Below are positions 10,101 to 21,200 of a DNA stretch of 64,000 nt, in pieces. Numbering within the stretch: the stretch's first letter is position 1; each line of letters begins with the position of its first letter. A program made the position numbers and the translations under genes. Source of the DNA: the human T2T-CHM13v2.0 reference genome, Homo sapiens; the NCBI RefSeq assembly GCF_009914755.1, contig NC_060932.1, one strand, 5' to 3'. A model generated the notes under the pieces. The model ran no database searches. It saw only the letters and a program-made list of their open reading frames with translations, and was not told the DNA's origin.

Positions 10101-12451
10101 GCCTGTCTGCCTGTCCCCGTCTTCTGAAAATCTTTTTGTCACTTTGGGGTTCCCCCAGGTGGAGAGATACCTACCCTGGTTGGGAGCCAGGAACTCCACA
10201 ACCCACTCGAGTCAGGCGCAAAGTCTGCTGGAAAGGCACTGACCTTCGATGGGGGACCCCGGCCTCCTCTTCGGCCTCACTGCTTTTATCCCCGGCCTGC
10301 CTCAACCTCCCCCTGAATGCCTGGCCACCTTTCCCCATCCCCAGGGGGAGTTCTTGCCACTTTGGGGTGCCCCTGGGTGGAGAGACATGCACCCTGGTTG
10401 ACAGCCAGAAACTCCACGATCCCCCAGGTTTTGGCTTGGGGACTGCTGGGAAGGCACTGACTTTAGGTGAGAAATCCTGGCCTCCTCTTTGGCCTTGCTG
10501 CTTTCTTCCCAGGCCTGCCTCAACCTCCCCTGAAGGTCTGGCAGCCTGTGCCCGTCCCCCTGGGGACTTTTGCCACTTTGGGTTGTCCCCGGGGGGAGAG
10601 ACACAAATCCTGGTTGGAAGCCAGGGACTCCACGACCCCTCCAGGTTGGGCGCGGGGGCTGCTGGGAAGGCATTGACCTGTGGTGGGGGACCTCGGCCTC
10701 CTTTTTGGCCTGCTGCTTTCTTCCCAGGCCTGCCTCAACCTCCCTGCGAAGGCCTCGCCACCTGTCCTCATCCCCAGGGGGACTTATTGCCAATTTGTGG
10801 TGACCCAGGAGGGGAGACACACACCCTGGGTGGGAGCCAGGGTCTCTACAAACCCCCTGGGTTGGGTGCAGTGTTTCTGGGAAGGCATTGACCTGCCATG
10901 TGGGACCCCGGCCTCCTCTTCGGCTTCCCTGCATTTTTCCCGAGCCTTCCTCAACCTCCCCCTGAAAGCCTGGCTCCTTGTCTCCTTCTTCCAGGGAACT
11001 TCTTGCCACTTTGGTGGGCCCATGGTGGGAGAGATATGCACCCTGGTTGGGAGCCAGGGACTCCACGATCCTCCCACGTTGAGCATGGGGACTACCGGGA
11101 AGGTCCAGACCTCCGGCGGGGGAACCAGGCTTCCTCTTTGGCCTCGACGCTTTCTTCCTGGGTCTGCCCCAACCTCTCCCTGAAGGCCTGGCTGCCTGTC
11201 CCCATCCCCTGGGAGACTTCCTGCCACTTTTGGGTACCCCAGGAGGAGAGACACATACCCTGGATGGGAGAGAAGGACTCCAAGAACCCCCCATGTTGGC
11301 CGCAGGGGCTGCCAGGAAGGCACTGACTCTTAGCAGGGGACCTTTGCCTCCTCTTCGGCCTTGCTGCTTTCATCCCAAGCCTGCCTCAACCTCCCCGTGA
11401 AGGCCTGGTTGCCTGTCCCCTTCCCCTGGAAGACTTCTTGCCTCTTTGTTATGCCCCCGGAGAGGAGACACGCACCCAGGGTGGGAGCCAGGAACTCCAC
11501 GACACCACCGGTTTGGGCACAAGGGCTGCCGGGCAGGCACTGAACTCTGGCAGGTGACCCTGGCCTTTTCTTTGGCTTCACTGCTTTTCTCCCAGGACTG
11601 CCTCAACCTCCCCCAGAAAGCCTGGCCACCTGTCAACGTCTGTTGGGGTACTTCTTGCACTTTGGGATGACCTCGTGGGGAGAGACATGCACCCTGGTTG
11701 GGAGCCAGGAACTCAACGAATCCCATGGATTGGGCACAGGGGCTGCCAAGAAGACCCGGACCTCTGGGGGTGGAACCCAGCCCCTTCTTTGGCCTCTCCA
11801 CTTTCTTCACAGACCTGCCTCAATCTACCCTGAAGGCCTGGCCTCCTGTCCCTGTCCCCCGGGGGACTTCTTGCTACCTTGGGGAAGGCACTGACCTTCA
11901 GCAGGGGATCCCAGCCACCATTTTGGCTTTGCTGCTTTCTTCATGCACCTGCTTCACCCTCTCCCTGAAGGTCTGGCCACCTGTCCCATTCCCCCAGGGG
12001 ACTTCTTGCTGCTTTGGGGTGCCCCTGCAGGGCAGACAAGCACCCTGGGTGGGAACCAGGGACTCCACGACTCCCCTGGTTTGGGAACAGGTGCTGCCTG
12101 GAAGACACTGATCTCTGGCAGGGGACCCCGGCCTCCTCTTTGGCCTTGCCACCTTTTTCCCAGGCCTCCCTCAACCTCCCCTTGAACTCCAGACAGGCTG
12201 TCCCCATCACACTAGGGAATTCTTGCCTCATTGGAGTGCCCCCAGTGGGGGAGACATACTCCCTGGTTGGAAGCCAGAGACTCCACGACCCCCTTGATTC
12301 TGGCCTGGGGGACACAGGGAAAGCACTGATCTCAGTGGGGGGACCCCGGCCTCATTTTCAGCCTCACCACTATTTTCCCAGGTGTTCTTCAACCTCCCCC
12401 TTAAGGCCTGGCCACCTGTCCCCGTTCCCTGGGGGACTTCTTGCCTCTTTG
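7111..12451. repeat. Gamma satellite, sub-array 2, ~218-220-bp units
   Basis: The unit variant cctcaacctccccctgaaggcctggcc(g/a)cctgtcc...ggggagagacacgcaccc...aggcactgacc recurs at 7118, 7336, 7773, 7991 and onward. Several units have internal deletions (near 8060, 8795, 8890, 11880). Confidence 0.9.
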
Positions 12452-15400
12452 TGATGTGTGAATTCATCTCACACAGTTAAAACTTTCTCTTGATTCAGCA
12501 GGTTGGAAAAACTCTTTGTAGAATCTGAGAAAAGACATTTGAAAAATCATCGATGCCTATAGTGAAAAACCAAATATCCCCAGATAAATACTAGAAAGAA
12601 GCTATCTGTGAAACAGCTTTCTGATGTGTTTACTCATTTCACAGAGTTAAACCTTTGTTTTGATTCAGGAGGTTGAAAACACTTCTTGTAGAATTTGTGA
12701 AGGGAGAGTTGGGAGCTCATTGCGGCCTACAGTGAAAAACAGAATGTCCCCAGATACAAACTAGATAGAAGCTATCTGTGAAACTGCTTTGTGATAGGTG
12801 GATTCATTGCACAGAGTTAAAACTGTCTTTTGATTCAGCAAGTTGGAAACTCTCTTTTTGTAGAAACTGCAAGGAAACATTTGGGAGCCTATTGGGGCCT
12901 ATTGGGAAATACCAAATATCCACCAATAAAAACTAGAAAGAAGCTATTTGTGAAACCACCTTGTGTGTGTGGATTTATCTCACAGAGTTCAACACTTCTG
13001 TTGACAGAAAAGATTGGAAACACTCTTTTTGTAGAATCTGCGAAGGGACATTTGGAAGCTCATTGAGGCCTATAGTTAAAAAAAAAAAAAAAGGAATATC
13101 CCCAGATAAATATTGGAAAGAAGCTATTTGAGAAACGTCTTTGTGATGTGTAGAATCATCTCACAAAGTTAAACCTTTCTCTTTATTCAGCAGGTTGGAA
13201 ACACTATTTCTGTATGCACTATGAAGGGACTCTTGGGAGCCCATTGAGGCCTATAATGAAAAACTGAATATCCCCAATGTAAACTAGAAATAAGCTATCT
13301 GTGAAACTGCTTTGTGATGTGTGGATTCATCTCAGAGAACTAAACCTTTCTTTTGATTCAGCAATTGAAAGTACTCTTTTTTAGAAACTGCAGAGGGACA
13401 TTTGGAAGCCTATTGAGGCCTATAGGGAAAAACTGAATTTCCCTCAATAAAAACTAGAAAGAAGCTATTTGTGGAACTGCTTTTTGATGTCTGGATTCAT
13501 CTCAGAGAGTTAAACCTTTCTTTTGATTCAGCATATTGGAAACACCTTCTCTGTAGAATCTGCTGTGGGACATTTGGGAGCCCATTGAGGCCTACAGTGA
13601 AAAAAGAATATACGCAGATGAAAACTAGAAAGAAGCTATCTGTGAAACTGCATTGCGACGTGTGGATTCATCTCACAGAATTAAACTTTTCTTTTGATTC
13701 AGAAGGTTGGAAACATTCTTTTTGTAGAAACTGCAAAAAGACATTTGGGAGCCCACTCAGGCCTTATAGTGAATAACTGAATATTCCTCAATAAAAGCTA
13801 GAAAGAAGCTATCTGTGAAACTGCTTTGTGATGTGTGGATTCATCTCAGAGAGTTAAACATTTCTTTTGATTCTGCAGGTTGGGAACACTCTTTTTGAAG
13901 AATCTGTGAAGGCACATTTGGGAGTCCATTGAGGCCTATAGTGAAAAACTGAATATCCACAGATAAAAACAAGAAAGAACCTATCTGTGAAATGGTTTTG
14001 ACATGTGTGGATTTATCTCACAGTGTTAAACCTTTCCATTGATTAAACAGATTGGAAACACTGTTTTTGTAAGATCTGTGAAGTTACATTTGGGAGCTCA
14101 TTGATGTTTATAGTAAGAAAATTTAACATCTCCAAATAAAAATTGGAAACAAACTACCTGTGAAACGTCTTTGAAAGGTGTGGATTCATCTCACATAGTT
14201 AAACTATTCTTTTGATTCAGCAGGTTGGAAACAATCTTTTTTAGAAACTGCGAAGGGATATTTGGGGGCCCATTAAGGCCTATAGTGAATATCCCCTGAT
14301 AAAAATTAGAAAGAAGCTATCTGTGAAACTGCTTTGTGATGTGTGGATTCATCTAAGACAGTAAACCTTTCTTTTGATTCAGCAGTTTGGAAACACTCTT
14401 TTTGTAGAATCAGCAAAGGGACATTTTGGAGCTCATTGAGGCCTATAGTGAAAAACTGAATATGCCCAGATAGAAACCAGATAGTAGCTATCTCTGGAAC
14501 TGCTTTGCAAAGGATGGATTTATCTCCCAGAGTTAAATTTTTCTTTTGATTCAGAAGTTGGAAACACTGTTTTTGTAGAAACTGCAAAGGAACATTTGGG
14601 AGCCCATTGAGGTCTAGAGTGAAAAACTGAATATGTGCAGATAAAAACTAGAAAGAAGCTACCTTTGAAACCAATTTGTGATGCATGGATTCATCTCACA
14701 GAGTTAAACCTTCTTTTGATTCAACAGGTTGGAAACACTCTTTTTGTAGAATCTGCAAAGTGACATTTGGGAGCTCTTTGAGGCCTACAGTGAAAAACCG
14801 AATAATCCCAGATAGAAAGCAGATAGTAGCTATCTCTGAAACTGCTTTGCAAAGGGTAGATACATCTACCAGAGTTAAATCTTTCTTTTTATTCAGGAGT
14901 TAGAATCACTCTTTTTGTAGAAACTGTAAAGGGACATTTGGGAGCCCATTGAGGCCTAGATTGAAAAACTGAATATCCTCGAATAAAAACTAGAAAGAAG
15001 CTACCTTTGAAAGCAATTTTTGATGTACGGATTCATATCACAGAGATAACCTTTCTTTCTTTTGTTTCAGGAGTTTGGGAACATTCTTTTTGCAGAAATT
15101 ACGAAGGGACATTTGGGAGCCCAATGAGGCCTAGAGTGAAAAACTGAATATCTACAAATAAAAACTACAAAGAATGTATTTGTGTAACCACTTTGCAATG
15201 TGTGGATTAATCTCACAGACCTAAAATTTTCTTTTGATTCAACAGGTGAAAAACTCTCTTTTTGTAGAAACCGCGAAGGGACATTTAAGAGCCTATTGAA
15301 GCCTATAGTGAAAAACTGAATATCTGTGGATAAAAACTGGAAAAATGCTATCTGTGAATGCACTTTGTGATGTGTGGATTCATCTGACAGATTTAAACTT

Positions 15401-18174
15401 GTCTTTTGATTTAGCAGGTTGGAAACACTCTTTTAGCAGAATCTGTGAATCGACACTTGGAATCTGATAGAGGCCTGTAGTGAATAACTGAATATCCCAT
15501 GACAAAAATTAGAAAGAAGCTATTTGTGAAACTGCTTTGTGATGTGTGGATTCATCTCAGAGAGTTAAACCTTTCTTTTGATTAAACAGGTTGGAAAGAA
15601 ACACTCTTTTTGTAGAATCTGCAAAGTGACATTTGGGAGCTCATTGAGGCCAATAGTGAAAAATTGAATAATCTCAGATACAAACCTGAAACCACCTTAG
15701 AAAAAGTGGATTCATCTCCTAGATTTAAATCTTTCTTTCGATTCAGAAGTTGGAAGCACTCTTTTTGTAGAAAAGTGCAAAGGGACTTTTGGGAGTCCAT
15801 GGAGGACTATAGTGAATAACTGATTATCCCCAGTAAAAAACAAGTAAGAAGCTATCTGTGAAGCCAATTTGCAATGTGTGGATTCACCTCACAGGGTGAA
15901 AACTTTGTTTTGATTCAGCAGGTTGGAAACACTGTTTTTGTAGAATCCATGAAGGAATATTTGGGAGCCCATTGTGGTCTAGAGTGAAAAACCAAATATC
16001 TGCAAATAAAAAATAGAAAAATCCTGTCTGTGAAACTGCTTTGTGATGTGTGGTTTCATCTCACAGAGTTAAACCTTTCTTTGATTCAGTGGGTTTTAAA
16101 CAGTTTTTTTGTAGAATCTGCAAAGGTATATTTGGAAGCCCATTGAGGCTTATACTGACAAGCTGAAAAAACCCATGTAAAAACTAGAAAGAAAGTATCT
16201 GTGAAACTGCTTTGTGATGTGTGGATTCATCTCACAGAGTTAAACATTTCTTTTGATTCAGCAGGATGTAAACACTATTTGTAGAAACTATGAAGGGACA
16301 TTTGGGAGCCCACTGAGGCTTATAGTGAAAAACCAAATATTTGCCAATAAAAACTAGAAAGAAGCTGTGTGACACTGCTTTGGTATGTGTGTAGTCATCT
16401 CACAGACCTAAAACTTTCTTTTGATTCCACTGGTTAAAACCACTCTTTTTGTAGAAACTGCAAAGAGACATTTAGGAGCCCTTTGATTTCTATAATAAAA
16501 AACAGAATATTCTCTGATAAAAACAGAAAGAAGCTATTGTGAAACTGCTTTGTGATCTGTGTATTAATCTCAGAGTGTAAAAACTTTCTTTTGATTTCTC
16601 AGTTTGGAAACACTTTTTTTTGTGGAAACTGCAAAAAGACATTTGGGAGATCATTGAGGCCTGTAGTGAAAAACTGAATATCCCCAGAAAATACTAGAAA
16701 GAAACTGTCTTTGAAACTGCTTTGTGATATGTGTATTTATCTCAGAAAGTTAAACCTTTCTTTTGATTCCTCAGGTTGGAAACATCATTTTTGTAGAATC
16801 TGCAAAGGGATGTTTGGGAGTCCAATGAGACCTATAGTGAAAAACTAAATATCCACAGATAAAAACTAGAAAGAAGCTATCAGTGAAAGGGCTTTGCTAT
16901 GTGTGGATTCATCTTACAGATTTAAGCCTTTCTTTTGATTCAATAGGTTGGAAACACTGTTTTTGTAGAAACTGTAAAGGGACATTTGGGACCCCATTGT
17001 GGCTTATTGTGAAAACCCATATACCTTCCAATAAAACCTCAAAAGAAGCTATCTGTGAAACTGCTCTGTGATATGTGTATTCATCTCATAGAGTTAAATC
17101 TTATTTTGATTCAGCAGGTTGGAATAACTCTTTTTTTGTGGAATCTGCAAAGGGATATTTGGGGGCTCATTGAGGCCTACAGTGAAAAACAAAATATCCA
17201 AGGATAAAAAGTAGAAAGAAGGTATCTGTGAAACCGCTTTGTGATGTGTCCATGCATCACACAGACTTAAAACTTCTCTTTGATTTCACAAGTTGGAGAC
17301 ACCCTCTTTGTAGAATCTGTGAAAGGACAGTTGGAAGCCCACTGAGGCCTGTAGTGAAAAGCTGAATGTTCCTAGATAAAAACTATAAAGAAGCTATCTG
17401 TGAAACATTTTTGTGATATGTGGATTCACCTCCCAGACTTAAATCTTTCTTTTGATTCAGCAGGTTGGAAACTCTCTATTTGTAGAAACTGCGACTAGAC
17501 ATTTGGAACCCCATTGATTCCTATAGTGAAAAACAGAATAATCATGAATAAAAACTAGAAAGAAGCATTCTGTTAAACCAGTTTATGATGTGTGTATTCA
17601 CCTCACAGAGTTACACTTTTCTACTCATTCAGCAGGTTGAAACACTCTTTTTGTAGAATATGTGAAGGGACATTGGAAGCCCAATCATGCCTATACTAAA
17701 ATACTGAATATTCCTACATAAAAACTAGAAATAATCTATCTGTGAAACCGCTTTATGATGTGTGGTGTCATCTCACAGAGATAAACCTTTTTTTTTGACT
17801 AAGCAGGTTGGAAACACTCTTTTTGTAAAACCTGTGAGGGGTTTTACAAACCCTTTGGGAGACCACTGAGGCCTAAAGTAAAAAACTGAATATCCACAGG
17901 TAAAAACTAGAATGAAACTTTCAGTGAAACCACTTTGTGATGTGTGGAATCATCTCACAAAAGTATATTTTTTTTAATGCTCCAGATTAAAGACTGTCTT
18001 TTTGTAGAATTTGTAAAGGGACAGTTCAGAGCCCATTGAGGCCTATGGGAAAAAAGCAGAATATTCCCAGATCAAAACTAGAAAGAAGCTATCTGTGAAA
18101 CTTCTTTGTGATGCTTGGATTCATCTCACAGAGTTTAACCTTTCTTTTGATTCAACACCTTAGAAACGCTTTTT

Positions 18175-18224
18175 TTTGTAGAATCTATGAAGGGACATTT
18201 GTAGAATCTATGAAGGGACATTTG
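18175..18224 (+). repeat. Perfect 23-bp tandem duplication within an alpha monomer
   Basis: tttgtagaatctatgaagggaca twice (18175-18197, 18198-18220), followed by tttg. Confidence 0.95.
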
Positions 18225-21200
18225 AAAGTTCCCATAGAGAAAAATGGGATATTTCCAGATAAAAGCTAGAATGAAGCTATCTGTGAAACCACTTTGTGAT
18301 GTGTGGATACATTTCCCAGAGGTAAATCATTCTTTTGATACAGCAAGTTGGAAACATACTTTTTTTAGAAACTGCAAAAGAAAATCCTGGCACCCATTGA
18401 GGTCCACCGTGAAAAGACTGAGTATCCCCCTCAAAAAAAAATAGAAAGAAGGAGTCTGTGAAATTGCTTTGTGATGTGTGGATTTATCTCACTGAGTTAA
18501 ACCTTTCTTTTGATTTCACAAGTTGAAAATACGTTCGTGTAGAATCTACGAAAGGACATTTGGAAGTCCACTGAGGCCTGTACTGAAAAACTGAATATTC
18601 CCACACAAAAAAATAAAAACTGGAAGGAAGCTATCTATGAAACCACTTTGCACTGCATGGAATCATCTCACAGACTTAAAGATTTCTTTTGATTCAGCAG
18701 GTTGGAAACACTCTTTTTGTAGACTCTGTGAAGTGGCATTTGAGAGCCCATTGAGGCCTATAGTGAAAACTGAATATCCCCAGATTAAACCTAGAAAGAA
18801 TCTATCTGTGAAATGGCTTTTGGATATGTGAATTCATCTCACAGAGTTACATCTTTCTTCTGATTTAGAAGGTAGGAAACACTCTTTTTCAGGAATCTGT
18901 GAAGGGACATTTGGGAGACCATTGATGCTTATAGTGAAAAACCAAATATCCCCAAATTAATACTAGAAAGAATTTATCTGTGAAATGGCTTTTTGATGTG
19001 TAGAATCTTTTGATTTAGAAGGTTGGAAACACTCTTTTTAAGGAATCTGTGAAGGGATATTTAGGAGCCCTTTTAGGCCTATGGTTGAGAAACTAAATAT
19101 CAACAGATAAAAAATAGAAAGACTCTATCTGTGAAACTGCTTTGTGAAATGTCAATTTATCTCACAGAGTTAAATGTTTCTTTTGATTCAGCACGTTAAA
19201 AACACTCTTTTTGTAAAATCTGTGAAGGCAAATTTGGAAGCCCATTGTGGCCTATGATGAAAAATCAAATATCCTCAGATAAAAACTAGAAAGAAACTAT
19301 TGGTGAAACTGCTTTGTGATGGGTGGATTCATCTCACAAAGTTAAACCTTTCTTTCGATTCAGCAGGTTGGAACCCCTTCTTTTGTAGAGACTGTGAAGG
19401 GACACTTTGTAGCCCATTGAGGCCTACAGTGAAAAACCAAATATCCCTTGATAAAAACTAGAAAGAAGCTACCTGTGAAATGGATTTATGATGTGTACAA
19501 TAATCTCAGAGAGTTAAACCTTTATTTTGATTCAGCAGGTTGGAATCACTCTTTTTTTAGATCCTGAGAAGGGACATTTGGCAGCTCATTGAGGCCTGTA
19601 GTGAAAAACAGAATATCCCCAGATGAAAAGTAGAAAGAAACTATCTGTCAACCACTTTGTGATGTGTGGATTCATCTTACAGAGACAAGCCTTTGTTATG
19701 TCTCAGCAGATTGGAAACACTCTTTTTGTAGAATCTGTGAAGAGACCGTTTGGGAGACCATTGAGGCTAATAGTGAAAAACTGAATATCCCCAGATAAAA
19801 ACTGGAAAGATGCTATTTGTGGAGCCACTTCACAATGTGTGGATTCATCTCACAGAGTTCAACCTTTCTTTTGATTTAGCAGCTTAGAAACACTCTCTTT
19901 GTAGAATGCTTGGGACATTTGGGAGCTCATTGATGCCTATAGTGAAAAACTGAACAACCTAAGATAAAAAGTAGAAAGAAGCCATTTGTCAAACCACTTT
20001 TCAATTTGTGGATTCTTTTCACAGGGATAAAACTTTCTTTTGATTTAGCAGGTTGTAAACACTGTTTTTGCAGAATCTGTGAATGGACATTTTGGAGCCC
20101 ATTAAGGCCTGTAGTGAAAAACCAAATTTTTTACTTAAAACCTAGATAATAGATATCTGTGAATCCACTTTGTGATGTGTGGATTCATCTCACAGAGTTA
20201 AACCATTCTTTTTATTCAGAAAATTGGACACACTCTTTTTGTAGAATATTCACAGGGACATTTGGAAGCCTATTGAGGTTTAATTGAAAACCAAAATATC
20301 CCAATATAAAAACTAGAAAGAATCTATGTATGAAACCTCTTTGTGATGTGTCGATTCATCTTACAGAGTTAAACCTCTCTTTTGATTCAACAGATTGGAG
20401 ACACTCTTTTTGTAGAATCTGCGAAGGGACATTTGGGAGCCCATTTGGGTCTATAGTGAAAAACTGAACATCCCCAGATAAAAACTAGAAAGAACCTCTC
20501 TGTGAAACCTTTTGCAATGGGTGCATTCATCTCACAGAAATAAAGCTTTCCCTTGATGCAGCAGGTTGGAAGCACACTATTTAAAGAAATTTTGAAGGGA
20601 CATTTCAAAGCCCAGTGTGGCCTATAATGAAAACTCTAGTGTCCATGAATAAAAAATGGAAAGAAACAATCTGTGAAACAACTTTGTGATAGGTGGATTA
20701 ATCTCACAGAGTTAAACCTTTCTTGTGATTCAGCAGGTTGGAAACATTCTTTTTGTAGACTCTGTGAAGGGACATTAAAAGTCCATTGATGCCTATACTA
20801 AAAAACTGAATATTCCTACATAAAAACGAGAAAAACCTATCTATCTGTGAAAGCACTTTGTGATGTGTCAATTCATCTCAGAGAGTTAAACCTTTCTTTT
20901 GATTCAACAGTTTTCCATACTTTTTTTTGTGGAAACTGGGAAGAGATATTGAGGAGACCATTGAGTTATATAGTGATAAACCAAATATCCACTGATAAAA
21001 ACTAGAAAGAAGCTGTATGTGAAATTGTTCAGTGATATGTGGATTCATATCAGAGAGTTAAACTTTCTTTTGATTCAGCAGACTGGAAACTCTGTATTTG
21101 TAAAAATTGCAAAGGGACATGTGGGAGCCAATTGGGGCCTAGAGAGAAAAACAGAATATTCATGGATAAAAACTAGAAGAAAGCTAGCTGTAAAATGGCT

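Noticed and set aside
1137-12467. Dozens of overlapping 60-333 aa ORFs with repeated motifs (ACLNVPLKACKP, GTSCCFGVPP)
   Set aside because: They are translations of the stop-poor GC-rich gamma unit in all six frames. Frames shift between units and no protein family is recognisable.
12447-17300. Strict dimeric alternation of gaatctg/gaaactg monomers
   Set aside because: Scoring the first ~28 monomers gave an irregular order. Only the local dimer at 14.4-15.9 kb is supported.
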